Source: Pyrinomonadaceae bacterium
GTDB taxonomy: Bacteria > Acidobacteriota > Blastocatellia > Pyrinomonadales > Pyrinomonadaceae
Length of the DNA stretch: 64,000 bases
Direction of reading: 5' to 3'
NCBI GenBank assembly: GCA_036388775.1
Contig: DASVRD010000002.1
Span: forward strand, 1,482-65,481
Shown: positions 28,099-38,339 of the stretch, piece by piece
Layout: the number at the start of each line of letters is the position of its first letter
How positions within the stretch are numbered: position 1 is the first letter of the stretch
The notes under the pieces: model-generated
The model's input: only the letters and a program-made list of their open reading frames with translations
Told to the model about the DNA's origin: nothing
The model's database searches: none
Translations under genes and position numbers: made by a program

Positions 28099-28170
28099 GC
28101 TTACGAACTAAAAAATGGAAAACAAATGCTTCGCTAGACTCGTTTAACTCTGTGATTTAAACTCAAAATT

Positions 28171-29133
28171 ATGGATGAAGCAGTAGTTCCAAATTCAATT
28201 CGTTGTCGTTATTGCGGTCAGCGCAATCAGGTTAAAACCAATGGAAACGCGGGCGGGGGAAACGCGGTTTGCGGAAAATGCCGTTTGCCGCTTTCCGACG
28301 CGCCGCACAAAAAATTCGCGGATTTAAACAAACACGATTATGTTCACCCGGAGGACAGCCGCGCGCTCGCCGCTCTGCGCGCGATTCCCGGTATTGATTC
28401 GGCTTTAAAGAAATTGCTCGCCGTGACGGGCGAATCGGCGATTCGCGTTTCGTTTATGGCTTCGGCGGTTAAAGTCACGCCGCTGCAATGTCCCGATTTA
28501 TACGCCAAATTGCAAATCGCCTGCACGACGCTCGGCGTTGATATGCCGGAGCTTTACGTCCAGCAAAGCCCGATTGTTAATGCTTTTACAGGCGGAGTCG
28601 AAAAACCGATTATCGTTTTGCACTCGTCTCTGATTGAAAGATTGACGGACGAAGAAGTTTTGGCGGTCGTCGCGCACGAAGTCGGGCATATTCACGCCGA
28701 ACACGTTCTTTATTTAACCGCCGCCAGATTAATCGAAGCGCTTGCAACCGTTGCGCTCGCGGCGACTCCGGTTGTCGGAATTGTCAAAGACTTGATTACG
28801 GCTTCGATGCGCGGCGCTTTGCTCGCCTGGGCGCGGAGGGCGGAATTGTCCTGCGACCGCGCCGCTTTGCTCGTCACGCAGGATGCGAACGTCATCGGGC
28901 GGACGATGATGAAATTGTGCGGCGGAACTTTCGCGTCGAAAGTTGATTACGATCTTTTCCTTGAACAAGCGCGCGAGTTTCAAGCCAACTACGACAAAAA
29001 ACAGCTCGACCGTTTTTGGGCTGACATTATTTCTTCGGGAATGACGCATCCGTTTCCGGTCTGGCGCGTTGCGGAAATCCTAAAATGGGTTGAAGGCGGC
29101 GAGTATCAAAGTCTGATGAACCGCGCTAAGTAA
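28171..29133 (+). CDS. M48 family zinc metallopeptidase with N-terminal zinc-ribbon
   Basis: 320 aa. CRYCGQ...CGKCRLPL (2x CxxC), HEXXH as VVAHEVGHIHAEH, and a downstream E in AELSCDRAA. Confidence 0.8.
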   Translation: MDEAVVPNSIRCRYCGQRNQVKTNGNAGGGNAVCGKCRLPLSDAPHKKFADLNKHDYVHPEDSRALAALRAIPGIDSALKKLLAVTGESAIRVSFMASAVKVTPLQCPDLYAKLQIACTTLGVDMPELYVQQSPIVNAFTGGVEKPIIVLHSSLIERLTDEEVLAVVAHEVGHIHAEHVLYLTAARLIEALATVALAATPVVGIVKDLITASMRGALLAWARRAELSCDRAALLVTQDANVIGRTMMKLCGGTFASKVDYDLFLEQAREFQANYDKKQLDRFWADIISSGMTHPFPVWRVAEILKWVEGGEYQSLMNRAK

Positions 29134-29148
29134 AACAAGTAAATAGTC

Positions 29149-29200
29149 AATAGTAAATCGCGAATCGTGACTGGAAAATTACGATTCGCGATTTACTATT
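29149..29200. repeat. heptamer-array hairpin element (TAAATCG type)
   Basis: aatagtaaatcgcgaatcgt (29149-29168) is the perfect 20-bp complement of acgattcgcgatttactatt (29181-29200), with a 12-nt loop. More degenerate 7-mer units flank both arms (29138-29214). It starts 5 nt after the M48 stop codon. Confidence 0.85.
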
Positions 29201-29288
29201 TACGATTCACTATTGAACGATTTACTAAATCCTTGAATTAAGGTAATAAAGATGGAAAAGGAAATTCGCGGTTTCCTTTTTCAAAACG

Positions 29289-30053
29289 ATGGCAAACCAG
29301 TCGCAATCAGCCGCCGCCAGTTTAAACCAAAACGCAAAAATTCATATCGCCGCAGTTGTTTTTCTGGTGGCGATTGTTTGTTTGTCGGCGGCACTCGCGC
29401 TGGCGTTTGCCGGAGCGGGTTTAACGCAGTTGCAGCGTTGGCTGCTGACGGTTTTTCTGATTGTGTTTCCAGTTGCCGGACTTGCTTCGTCGGTTTGGCT
29501 GATTTTGCGTCATTACAAAAAGCTCGCGCTCGTCGCCAGCGAAGACGATTTTTCGTGGACGACGATGACGCCCGAACAGCAGCGCCGCAAATTAAACCTC
29601 GAAGTCGCCCGCATCAAACAGGAAACATCAGAGGACGAAAATCTTCATCAGCTTTATGTCTTTCTGGAAGATTTGGCTTTGCGGCAAGTCGAAGCGGAAA
29701 ATCAAATGCCGCTTCTCCGCCATATTGTTTTGGAAGGCGTGCCGTTTGACGGCGTGACGATCAAAGACGGGCGGGTTTTCTGCGTCGAAGTCACATTTTT
29801 GGTCGTCCCGGATTTGCCGCAGGAAAAGGTTGACGCGCTGCTTGATAAAGTCGAGTACGCCGCGCGCCGCGTCCGTCAAAAAGTCCCGGCGATGCGCGTC
29901 CGGCTGCTGCTCGCTCTCGTCACCAGATTAAATCAGCAAGCCGAAAATCGTCTGCGTACTTCGCTCGCGGAAAAATTCTCGCTCACGCCGGTTGATGTTG
30001 ACGTGCGCTTTTTGCCGCACGATTCTCTCCAAAAAACTTTTATTGCGGAATAG
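29289..30053 (+). CDS. membrane protein (2 TM) with soluble C-terminal domain, unknown function
   Basis: 254 aa. TM helices [25 protein letters not shown] and [23 protein letters not shown]. No motif recognised in the C-terminal domain. Overlapping track ORF 29252-29749 judged spurious. Confidence 0.55.
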   Translation: MANQSQSAAASLNQNAKIHIAAVVFLVAIVCLSAALALAFAGAGLTQLQRWLLTVFLIVFPVAGLASSVWLILRHYKKLALVASEDDFSWTTMTPEQQRRKLNLEVARIKQETSEDENLHQLYVFLEDLALRQVEAENQMPLLRHIVLEGVPFDGVTIKDGRVFCVEVTFLVVPDLPQEKVDALLDKVEYAARRVRQKVPAMRVRLLLALVTRLNQQAENRLRTSLAEKFSLTPVDVDVRFLPHDSLQKTFIAE

Positions 30054-31086
30054 CATCGGCAGTTAAAATCGGCTTTTCGTAGGGCGGAACATCAACGCCG
30101 TAACCGGGAATGCGGATGCAGGCTGCAAAATGATTCGGCGTGATTTCTTTTAATTCCGGCTCGATTTCCGCGCATTCTTTGATGGCAAACGGACAGCGCG
30201 TGCGAAAACGGCAGCCCGAAGGCGGATTAATCGGCGTCGGCACGTCGCCTTTTAAAATAATTCGGTCGCGTTTTATTTTCGGATCGGGAACGGGAATCGC
30301 CGACAAAAGTGCCTGCGTGTAAGGCATCAGCGGGTTGGCGTAAAGCCCGGCGGCGGGCGCGATTTCGACGATTTTTCCGAGATACATTACCGCGACGCGC
30401 TGCGAAATATGCTCGACGACCGCCAAACCGTGTGAGATAAAAAGATACGTCAAACCGAATTCGGATTGTAAATCCTGCAAAAGATTGACGACCTGCGCCT
30501 GCACGGAAACATCGAGGGCGGAAACCGGCTCGTCGCAAATAATCAATTTCGGATTCAAAGCCAGCGCGCGCGCAATTCCCAAACGCTGTCGCTGCCCGCC
30601 CGAAAATTCGTGCGGATAACGATACATATAATCGGGATTCAAACCGACTTTCTGTAAAAGCTCGGCGACGCGAGCTTTCTGTTCGTTTTTGCCGCCGATG
30701 CCGTGAATCTTTAGCGGTTCGGAAACGATTGAAAGAATAGTCAGACGCGGATTTAAGCTGGCATACGGGTCTTGAAAAATAATCTGCATCTCGCGCCGCA
30801 GTTTTTGCAAACCGTTTTTGCTCGTTTTTAAAATATTTTCGCCTTCAAACAAAACCTCTCCGGCGGTCGGTTCCTGAAGGCGCAAAATGTTGCGCCCGAC
30901 GGTTGATTTTCCGCAGCCCGATTCGCCGACCAGCCCCAAAGTTTCGCCCGCCAAAATATCAAACGAAACGCCGTCAACCGCTTTGACCACATCGTCGCTG
31001 CCTTCAATCGGGAAATGTTTGACGAGATTGCGAACTTGAACAAGCTCTTTTTTTTCCATTTTTGCCGTTGCCGCATTATTTATCAT
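30040..31086 (-). CDS. oligopeptide/dipeptide ABC transporter ATP-binding protein (OppF/DppF-like)
   Basis: 348 aa. Walker [10 protein letters not shown], signature FSGGQRQR, Walker [14 protein letters not shown]-terminal oligopeptide-type extension with CRFRTRCPF. Confidence 0.85.
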   Translation of the reverse strand: MINNAATAKMEKKELVQVRNLVKHFPIEGSDDVVKAVDGVSFDILAGETLGLVGESGCGKSTVGRNILRLQEPTAGEVLFEGENILKTSKNGLQKLRREMQIIFQDPYASLNPRLTILSIVSEPLKIHGIGGKNEQKARVAELLQKVGLNPDYMYRYPHEFSGGQRQRLGIARALALNPKLIICDEPVSALDVSVQAQVVNLLQDLQSEFGLTYLFISHGLAVVEHISQRVAVMYLGKIVEIAPAAGLYANPLMPYTQALLSAIPVPDPKIKRDRIILKGDVPTPINPPSGCRFRTRCPFAIKECAEIEPELKEITPNHFAACIRIPGYGVDVPPYEKPILTADAIPQ

Positions 31087-31690
31087 TTTTCTTTTTAGCT
31101 TTGACGAGTTTGAGCGGCGGAAATTCTACTCGGCGATAAATTTCATCCAGAGTGAGCTCACAGCCGATTGATTCAAAAACTATTTTTTCATTTGGTTCGG
31201 TATATTCATAAAGTTTCCAGAAACCATCCGATTGGCGAACATAATGTTCAACGCTCATTGTGTTTTGCGAAATCAAAACGTAGTCGGTCAAACTCTCCAA
31301 ACGCCGATACGATTTTGACTTTTCGCCGCGGTCACGTGCTTCGGTTGATTTTGACAACACTTCACAAATTACTGTGGGATTTTCCAGCGTATCGAAAATG
31401 TTCGGAACGAGCCGAACTTCACCGCAAACGACAGTTACATCAGGGTAAACATAAGTCGTTTCGCCGGCTTCGACACGCAAATCACCGAAATGGACTTCGC
31501 AGTTCTTATTTCTGAGTTGAATCGCTAGCTCTGTTCCAGCGTTGCTGGCAATCAAACTATGATTTCGTTTGCTGCCAGCCATTGCAAAAACTTCGCCGTC
31601 AATATATTCGTGCCTAATTTTCGACCGTCTCTCAAACGCCAAATATTCTTCAACGGTCATCACACGCTCTTTAGTTAATGCTTGTGCCAT
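31076..31690 (-). CDS. Uma2 family (DUF820) PD-(D/E)xK-like endonuclease
   Basis: ATG 31690 ([20 protein letters not shown]...). [76 protein letters not shown] are typical Uma2 blocks. It starts 2 nt after the OppD-like stop and overlaps the longest OppF-like start. Confidence 0.75.
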   Translation of the reverse strand: MAQALTKERVMTVEEYLAFERRSKIRHEYIDGEVFAMAGSKRNHSLIASNAGTELAIQLRNKNCEVHFGDLRVEAGETTYVYPDVTVVCGEVRLVPNIFDTLENPTVICEVLSKSTEARDRGEKSKSYRRLESLTDYVLISQNTMSVEHYVRQSDGFWKLYEYTEPNEKIVFESIGCELTLDEIYRRVEFPPLKLVKAKKKNDK

Positions 31691-31692
31691 TG

Positions 31693-32706
31693 TTATTCTT
31701 TCTCGACACTCGGATTTTCGTACAAAACGCAACGCGCCGCTGCCCGATTTTCGACATTATAAAGCGGCATCGGATCGTGTGTGCAGCGTTTGTGAACGTG
31801 CGGGCAGCGCGGCGCGAAATGACAGCCGGGCGGCAGATTTGTCGGCGACGGAACGATTCCTTCGATTGTTTCCAAACGTTTGTTTCGTGTTACGCCTTCC
31901 ATCGTCAGTTTCGGAACTGAGCGCAATAGACCTTGCGTGTACGGGTGTTTCGGACGCTCAAAAATTTCATCAACGCCGGATTCTTCGACAATTCGCCCCG
32001 TGTACATCACGCACACGCGGTCGGCGACTTCGGCGACGACGCCTAAATCGTGCGTGATGAGCAAAACGGCGAGGCGGCGGGTTTTTCGCAAATTATCAAT
32101 CAAATCGAGTATCTGCGCCTGAATCGTCACGTCGAGCGCGGTTGTCGGTTCGTCCGCGATTAGCAGTTCGGGGTCGCAAGCTAAAGCCATCGCAATCATC
32201 ACGCGCTGGCGCATTCCGCCGGAAAGCTGATGCGGATAATCGTCAACGCGCCGCGCCGGGTCTGGGATGGAGACTTCGCGCATCGCTTCGATTGCCGCTT
32301 CGTAAGCCTGTTTGCGCGACAAACCGCGATGCAGCCGGATGGCTTCGGCAATCTGTTCGCCGACGGTGTAAACCGGATTGAGCGAAGTCATCGGGTCCTG
32401 GAAAATCATCGAAATGTCGTCGCCGCGAATTTGCCGCATCCGTTCATCGCTGAGCTTTAAAAGATTTTCGGCTTGCTTGTAATTTGCGCCTTGAAACCAA
32501 ACCTCGCCGCCGACAATTTTTCCAGGCGACGCGATCAGCCGCATAATCGAAAGCGCGGTGATTGATTTCCCGCAGCCGGATTCGCCGACAAGTCCGAGCA
32601 ATTCGCCCGCTTCGAGATGAAAGCTGACATCGTTGACGGCTTTAACCGTTCCGGCGCGCGTCGGAAAATGGGTTTCTAAATTTTTAACTTCCAATAAACG
32701 AGACAT
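31693..32706 (-). CDS. oligopeptide/dipeptide ABC transporter ATP-binding protein (OppD/DppD-like)
   Basis: 337 aa. Walker A GESGCGKS, signature LSGGMRQR, Walker [14 protein letters not shown]-terminal [14 protein letters not shown]. Confidence 0.85.
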   Translation of the reverse strand: MSRLLEVKNLETHFPTRAGTVKAVNDVSFHLEAGELLGLVGESGCGKSITALSIMRLIASPGKIVGGEVWFQGANYKQAENLLKLSDERMRQIRGDDISMIFQDPMTSLNPVYTVGEQIAEAIRLHRGLSRKQAYEAAIEAMREVSIPDPARRVDDYPHQLSGGMRQRVMIAMALACDPELLIADEPTTALDVTIQAQILDLIDNLRKTRRLAVLLITHDLGVVAEVADRVCVMYTGRIVEESGVDEIFERPKHPYTQGLLRSVPKLTMEGVTRNKRLETIEGIVPSPTNLPPGCHFAPRCPHVHKRCTHDPMPLYNVENRAAARCVLYENPSVEKE

Positions 32707-32801
32707 TTTAGATTGAGTTTAAAACCGGCGAACTTTTATTTCGTCCTTTTTAATGTTATCAAAGAATTTTTAGACTTGTGTAAATTCCGCTGCTCAAAAG
32801 A

Positions 32802-33428
32802 ATGCCTCGAATCGTTTTATTAAGTGACACGCACAACTGCAACGAACAAATCAGCGTTCCCGACGGCGATATTCTGATTCATGCGGGCGACGCGACAAAT
32901 CGCGGGCAGGTTGATGAAATCGTCGCTTTCAACGAATGGTTTTCCGGCTTTCCGCACAAACACAAAATCTTTGTCGCCGGAAATCACGATTGGCTGTTTG
33001 AGACGCGCCCGAAATATGCTCGAAGTCTTTTGGCGGAAAACGTCGTTTATTTACAGGATTCGTCGGTCGAAATTTTAGGCTTAAAAATTTACGGCTCGCC
33101 CTGGCAGCCGCGTTTTTTTGATTGGGCTTTTAATTTAAATCGCGGCGGCGAAATGGCGGAAAAATGGAAATTGATTCCGAACGAAGTTGATATTTTAATC
33201 ACGCACGGTCCGCCGTTCGGAATTTTGGACGAAACGCCTCGCGGCGATTTTGCCGGATGCGAAGAATTGCGGAAAAGAGTCGAAGAAATACGCCCGCAGC
33301 TTCACGTTTTCGGGCATATTCATTTTGGCTACGGTACGGAGGAAAAATTCGGCGTGCGATTTGTCAACGCTTCAAACTGCGACGAAGATTATTTGCCGAC
33401 GAATTTGCCGATTGTCGTTGATTTGTAA
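32802..33428 (+). CDS. calcineurin-like metallophosphoesterase
   Basis: 208 aa. LSDTHN, HAGDATNRG, AGNHD, THGPP, GHIH. Confidence 0.8.
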   Translation: MPRIVLLSDTHNCNEQISVPDGDILIHAGDATNRGQVDEIVAFNEWFSGFPHKHKIFVAGNHDWLFETRPKYARSLLAENVVYLQDSSVEILGLKIYGSPWQPRFFDWAFNLNRGGEMAEKWKLIPNEVDILITHGPPFGILDETPRGDFAGCEELRKRVEEIRPQLHVFGHIHFGYGTEEKFGVRFVNASNCDEDYLPTNLPIVVDL

Positions 33429-33448
33429 AAATTGATAATCACATTTAA

Positions 33449-33511
33449 TTCTCTGTGTTCTCTGTGGTGAGATTTATCTTGAAAAAATCTGCACAGAGAA
33501 GTCACAGAGGA
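33449..33511. repeat. heptamer-array hairpin element (CACAGAG type), imperfect
   Basis: ttctctgtg (33458-33466) pairs with cacagagaa (33492-33500). After a 2-nt bulge, ctctgtg (33451-33457) pairs with cacagag (33503-33509). It lies 21 nt after the metallophosphoesterase stop. Confidence 0.6.
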
Positions 33512-33562
33512 AACACGGAGAGATTTTTCGGGCATAAATTGCCAAACAGAATTTTTTAGGAA

Positions 33563-34429
33563 ATGGAAACCGAAGTTTCACTGTCAAAAGCCGAAAACCG
33601 TGAGTTGGCTTTGAAGCCGACTGCCGAAGAACTCGCCGTTTTAAATCGGACGGAGCGCGCAGGTTTTTGGCTCACTGAAAAAATGAATCAAGGCGCGTGG
33701 AAACGTTTGATGACGTTTTTTCAGCGCCACATCGGTTCTTTGTGGATTTATCTGGGGACTTACAATTTGATGAATGTGTACGGGCTGGACAATTTCGAGA
33801 AAACGGATGTTGAAAAACCCGTTTTGCTCGTCGCCAATCACCGCTCATTTTTCGATATGTACACGGTTTCGTCCGTGCTTTTTCGGCGAACCCGACGCCC
33901 GATGACTTTGTTTTTTCCGGTTCGCGCCAAATTTTTCTACACTTCGCCGCTCGGCTGGTTCGTTAATCTCGTGATGGGCTGGTTTTCAATGTACCCTCCG
34001 TTTTTCCGCGAAGAAAGGGACGCCAAAAAACGCGAGTTCGACAAATTCTCTCTGCGCCGACTGATTGATTTAGCCGGGCACGGGCGAGGACACATCATCG
34101 GTTTTCACCCGGAAGGCAAACGAAACAAAGACGCCGCCACGCCTTACGAATTTCTGCCCGCGCAGCCCGGCATCGGCAAAGTAATTATGGCGACGCGCCC
34201 TCAAGTCATCCCGGTTTTCATCGCCGGACTCGGAAACGATTTGCCGAAACAAGTTTTAGGAAACTGGTTCGGCGGCGAAAAAGTGAGAATTTATTTCGGA
34301 GAGCCGCTCGATTTATCGGAGTTTTACTCCAAAACAGACCGACTTCGCACGCACAAAGAAATTGCGGATTTTCTGATGAGTAAAATCGGCGAGTTAGCGG
34401 AACAAGATAAAAAATCGAATGGCTCTTAA
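33563..34429 (+). CDS. lysophospholipid / 1-acyl-sn-glycerol-3-phosphate acyltransferase family protein
   Basis: 288 aa. HX4D motif VANHRSFFD, plus FHPEGKRN and PVFIAG blocks. Confidence 0.75.
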   Translation: METEVSLSKAENRELALKPTAEELAVLNRTERAGFWLTEKMNQGAWKRLMTFFQRHIGSLWIYLGTYNLMNVYGLDNFEKTDVEKPVLLVANHRSFFDMYTVSSVLFRRTRRPMTLFFPVRAKFFYTSPLGWFVNLVMGWFSMYPPFFREERDAKKREFDKFSLRRLIDLAGHGRGHIIGFHPEGKRNKDAATPYEFLPAQPGIGKVIMATRPQVIPVFIAGLGNDLPKQVLGNWFGGEKVRIYFGEPLDLSEFYSKTDRLRTHKEIADFLMSKIGELAEQDKKSNGS

Positions 34430-34443
34430 TTTCAGAAAGCCTG

Positions 34444-35022
34444 ATGAATCATTTACTCAAATCAATAATTTTCTTGATTGCGGTAACTCTGCCTTTTTGG
34501 ATTGCGGCGCGGATTAAAATTTATGTCTCAAGAAAAAAGCGAAATGAGGAAGCGCCAATTAGAACGGAATTTATCTTAACAACATTTTTTGTTTATTTGA
34601 TTTTCGTTGCAGCGATTACAGTGATTCCGACACAGATGTCCAGATTTATAAAACCCAATTTTGATGACTTAAACTTTATTCCAATATTCAATTCAATCAA
34701 ATGCTTTTTGCCGGACGAAACAGGCAAGCCGAAGATGAGCGCATTATGTCATCAAAACATTATTGGAAATATAGTTTTATTTGTCCCGCTTGGAATCCTG
34801 TTACCTTTCGCATTAAAGAGATTTCATTCTTTGAAGAGAGTTTTTGTTTTTGCCTTTTGCCTTTCTCTAAGTATTGAAGCAATTCAATTTTTTTCCAGAT
34901 TCCTCGGTAATTTCAGGGTTGTGGATATTGATGACATTCTTCTAAACACTTTAGGCGCGTGTATAGGTTTCAGTGTTTTATGTCTATGCCGAAGACGCAA
35001 TCCAACAGATCAATGGAAGTGA
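34444..35022 (+). CDS. VanZ family membrane protein
   Basis: 192 aa. 4-5 TM helices, NIIGNIVLFVPLGILLP and DIDDILLNTLGACIGF typical of VanZ. Very AT-rich (17 and 19 G+C in the 60-nt lines starting 34561 and 34801). Confidence 0.7.
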   Translation: MNHLLKSIIFLIAVTLPFWIAARIKIYVSRKKRNEEAPIRTEFILTTFFVYLIFVAAITVIPTQMSRFIKPNFDDLNFIPIFNSIKCFLPDETGKPKMSALCHQNIIGNIVLFVPLGILLPFALKRFHSLKRVFVFAFCLSLSIEAIQFFSRFLGNFRVVDIDDILLNTLGACIGFSVLCLCRRRNPTDQWK

Positions 35023-35247
35023 GGCGGAAACAGCGATTTTCCTATAACGGCTCCTCTTAATCATTTGCTTGCGCGTAGCCGGTTTCCGCCCGCTTCATCT
35101 CAAGCATTATGTGCTTCGGGTTTTCCAGGTAATGCTTGATTTAACACACTAATTTCAAACTTTTTCTCTTTGACCAAGCTCTAAATGTCGTATTTACCAT
35201 CTACTAAATCACGCGCTCGGGTTAAAATGTTTTTAGAGGAAAAGTTG

Positions 35248-36468
35248 ATGCTTGTGTTTGTAAAATCCGGTTTCTCAAGTCTTTTTTTACTGCTTATTTG
35301 TTTGTTTGTCGTTAATGATATTTTTGCTAATGCGCCCGGTAATTCTTGCGGCGGTGTCGGGGGCACTATCAGAATGCAGGATGCAGCGATTCCGCAGCGC
35401 GGCGGCGGAACTTTAAACGCTAAGATTTTCGCGCCCGATGCGGCTTTGCAAACCGCGCCTTGTCCATTGATTACGATGCTGCCCGGCGGCGGCGCGGAAA
35501 TTACGAGCGTTGAGTGGGCGGCGCGGCTTCTCGCCGCTAACGGCTACGTTGTTATTATCACCAAACCGCAAACCGGCGGGAGTCTTAACGATTACAACAC
35601 GGCGGCGATCAGTGGAATTGATTATCTGGTTTCAAATGCCAGTCCTTATTTGAGTAACACGGACACGGATGCCGTCGGCGCGGTTGGCTGGTCTCTGGGC
35701 GCGAGAATTTTGACTCGCACGCAAGAGCAGGATACGCGCATCTCGGCAATTGTCGAATGGGATAATTTAGCAGTCAGCGAAGCGGGAGATTTGGGTTCGC
35801 CCGCGTGCACAAATCAGCCGACAACTTTAAGAACGCCGCGCGTTCCCGCACTTGGTCAGGCTTCCGACACCTGCATTGACGGGCGTGCTCCCGATGCAAA
35901 GAAAACCGGGTTTAATCGTTGGAGGCAATTTGGTCAACCGGTAATGCAAATCGTTTTTCGCGGCTCAAATCACTTTTGGTGGAGTGCGGCAGGGGGCGAA
36001 ACACAGCATAATTTAACGCATTATTATACGCAAAACTGGTTCGACCGTTGGTTGAAAGGCGACTTGACTGCGACGAGCAGACTTTTGTCGCGCAACGTTA
36101 ATAACTATTCGCTCGAAACTTTGCTCAGTCAGACTTTTAATTCCGGCGCGTTTTTCGACGGCTACAATTGCGATGATGTGCGAACGAACTGCCAGCAATC
36201 TAATCAAACGGTGACAATCGGCGGAAGAGTTACCGACTCGAACGGGCGCGGTGTTGCCAATGCTCGCGTTGTTTTAACGGGCGATTATCTTTCCGCGCCG
36301 CGTTATGCTTTGACCAATCCGCTCGGTTATTACAGATTTATTAATGTTCCGGCTTATTTCGGTTATCAAATGATTGTCTCCGCCAAGAATCGCAGCTTCG
36401 CACAACCTTCTGCTGCTTTGACAGTTATTGGAGACACAGCAAACTTAAACTTTACGAGTAACCGATGA
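35248..36468 (+). CDS. secreted alpha/beta hydrolase (lipase/cutinase-like) with C-terminal carboxypeptidase-regulatory-like domain
   Basis: ATG 35248 after GAGGA. Signal peptide, nucleophile elbow GWSLGA. C-terminus TIGGRVTDSNGRGVANARVVLTG...NPLGYYRFINVP is CarboxypepD_reg-like. Confidence 0.55.
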   Translation: MLVFVKSGFSSLFLLLICLFVVNDIFANAPGNSCGGVGGTIRMQDAAIPQRGGGTLNAKIFAPDAALQTAPCPLITMLPGGGAEITSVEWAARLLAANGYVVIITKPQTGGSLNDYNTAAISGIDYLVSNASPYLSNTDTDAVGAVGWSLGARILTRTQEQDTRISAIVEWDNLAVSEAGDLGSPACTNQPTTLRTPRVPALGQASDTCIDGRAPDAKKTGFNRWRQFGQPVMQIVFRGSNHFWWSAAGGETQHNLTHYYTQNWFDRWLKGDLTATSRLLSRNVNNYSLETLLSQTFNSGAFFDGYNCDDVRTNCQQSNQTVTIGGRVTDSNGRGVANARVVLTGDYLSAPRYALTNPLGYYRFINVPAYFGYQMIVSAKNRSFAQPSAALTVIGDTANLNFTSNR

Positions 36469-36661
36469 CGAAGACACGCCCAATAAATCATTGGACTTGA
36501 GGCGAAACAGCAACGTTTTAAAAAGATCACCATTTTCCTTTCGGCAGCGTGTTGAGGGATTTTGCCAACTTCAGCATAAACCTTAAAAACACAAATTAGA
36601 ATATAGTCTCTGCCTTAGCTTCATTGACTTTAAAGCTGAAAAAAGGCTAAACAAAACGAGT

Positions 36662-37327
36662 ATGAAAAAATGCTTTGTCGTTTTGTTTTCGTTTGTTCTC
36701 TCGGCGGCTTGTTCGTTTCAGGTCGGGCAGCGCGAAAGCGCGACTGTTGATTCGGCTGCGAGCGCAAACGTGGTTCCGCAGGAAAATAAAAACAATCGGG
36801 CTTCCGCGAATACTGAAAATAAAAACGGGGAAACCGTCAAACAATCAATCAATCCGCGCGGCGGGCAAACGATTGACGGGCAGATTAAAGCCGATTGTCT
36901 GAAAAACCGGCGTGGCGACAAAGTGCCGGACGCGAAGCAAACTTTTGTGATGGATTTCGAGCCGTTCCGCGACGCTTGTTTCGTTACCTTTCACGATGCC
37001 GAATATACAAATCCGCCGCTCGGTTCCGAGTTTCACGTTTACCGCGACGGGAAACCGATTTTTGAGTTTCCGGGTCAATTAAACGGCGCGACGTGCTGGG
37101 TTGAAGCCGTTTCGTTTGTTGATTTGAACGAGGACGAATTAAAAGACATCATTGTCGCGGGAATGTGCGGCGCAAAGGCTGGAGCTTACGGCGAAAATAT
37201 TGTTTACGCGAACACGGGCGACGGTTTTAGAACCAACGAGGACGCCAATTATAAGCTCGCGGATTTTAAACGAATTAAGGAAATCGAAAATTTTGTCAGA
37301 CGCAACCGGCAGCTTTTCTTCAAATAA
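36662..37327 (+). CDS. lipoprotein, unknown function
   Basis: 221 aa. Lipobox-like VLSAACS after the signal sequence. Confidence 0.6.
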   Translation: MKKCFVVLFSFVLSAACSFQVGQRESATVDSAASANVVPQENKNNRASANTENKNGETVKQSINPRGGQTIDGQIKADCLKNRRGDKVPDAKQTFVMDFEPFRDACFVTFHDAEYTNPPLGSEFHVYRDGKPIFEFPGQLNGATCWVEAVSFVDLNEDELKDIIVAGMCGAKAGAYGENIVYANTGDGFRTNEDANYKLADFKRIKEIENFVRRNRQLFFK

Positions 37328-38276
37328 AACGGATACGAACCTGCCTTTAATCATCGTCAACCCGACGAGCGCAGGCGGTGACACCGCGCGAATCTGGGCG
37401 AAAACCGCCTCGGAAGTTCACCGGCGTTTCGGCGCGTTTGCGGTTGAGTTTACCCGCGCTCCCGGACACGCCAAACAAATCGCGCTCGAAGCGGCGAAAC
37501 AAGGGCGCTCGCTGATTATCGCGTGCGGCGGCGATGGAACGATTAACGAAGTCGCAAACGGGATTCTGGAATCCGGCGCGCAGGCGGAACTCGGCATTTT
37601 GCCTTCCGGCACGGGCGGCGATTTTCGGCGCACTTTTAATATTTCAACTCATCCGGCACAAGCCGCCGCCGATTTGAAAAACGGGAAAACCGAAACGATT
37701 GATATCGGGCGTGTGACGTTTGCTGATGAAAACGGGGAAAGCGTTTCGCGTTATTTTTTAGGCGTCGCTTCATTCGGTATCAGCACTTCGGTCCTTAATC
37801 GCGTCAAAGCCGATAAACCTTTTGCGTGGCTGCCGCGCGGGCTATCAGGACGCGCAGGTTTCGCCTGGTCAACTTTGCAGACGACGCTTGAAATGAAATA
37901 CACGCGAGCGCTCGTGACGCTTGACGAAGGGCGCGAGCGCGAAGTTTCCGTCGTTAATTTTTGCGTGGCAAACGCACGTTATTTCGGCGGCGGAATGAAA
38001 ATCGCACCCGACGCTAAACTTGACGACGGTTTGTTTGACGTGGTGATGATAGGCGAAATTTCCTCAACCAAAATTCTGGCAAATTCTTACAAACTTTACG
38101 CCGGAACACATTTCGATGTAGCGGAAGTTCATCACTCGCATGCGAAAAAAGTCGTCATCAATCCTGCGGCTGATGAGAAAACCCGGTTTGAAACCGACGG
38201 CGAGTTGCCCGGATTTTTACCCGCCGTTTTTGAGATCGTTCCGCGAGCCTTGAAAATCAGAATCCCGAAAAAATAA
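37293..38276 (+). CDS. diacylglycerol kinase-family lipid kinase (YegS/BmrU-like)
   Basis: LPLIIVNPTSAGG...LIIACGGDGTINEVANG...PSGTGGDF. The track start 37152 overlaps the previous gene by 176 nt. TTG 37293 (AAGGA 12 nt upstream) is my guess, and the start is uncertain. Confidence 0.7.
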   Translation: MSDATGSFSSNKTDTNLPLIIVNPTSAGGDTARIWAKTASEVHRRFGAFAVEFTRAPGHAKQIALEAAKQGRSLIIACGGDGTINEVANGILESGAQAELGILPSGTGGDFRRTFNISTHPAQAAADLKNGKTETIDIGRVTFADENGESVSRYFLGVASFGISTSVLNRVKADKPFAWLPRGLSGRAGFAWSTLQTTLEMKYTRALVTLDEGREREVSVVNFCVANARYFGGGMKIAPDAKLDDGLFDVVMIGEISSTKILANSYKLYAGTHFDVAEVHHSHAKKVVINPAADEKTRFETDGELPGFLPAVFEIVPRALKIRIPKK

Positions 38277-38279
38277 AAA

Positions 38280-38311
38280 GGCTGGAAAGCTCCATTTGAA
38301 ACTTTCCAGCC
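38280..38311. terminator. bidirectional hairpin between convergent genes
   Basis: ggctggaaag (38280-38289) is the perfect complement of ctttccagcc (38302-38311). Confidence 0.6.
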
Positions 38312-38339
38312 GAAAATCGCGTCTTCGCCGATTGGGAAT

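Noticed and set aside
29252-29749. 165-aa ORF overlapping the start of 29289-30053
   Set aside because: The translation is Arg/Cys/Ala-rich with no membrane or domain logic, while the alternative frame gives two clean TM helices and runs 254 aa.
34444-35022. Calling VanZ a horizontally acquired island on GC alone
   Set aside because: It lies 14 nt after the upstream gene in an operon-like arrangement. Its extreme AT content is partly expected from a small, hydrophobic, Ile/Phe/Lys-rich membrane protein. Only the flank repeat is reported.
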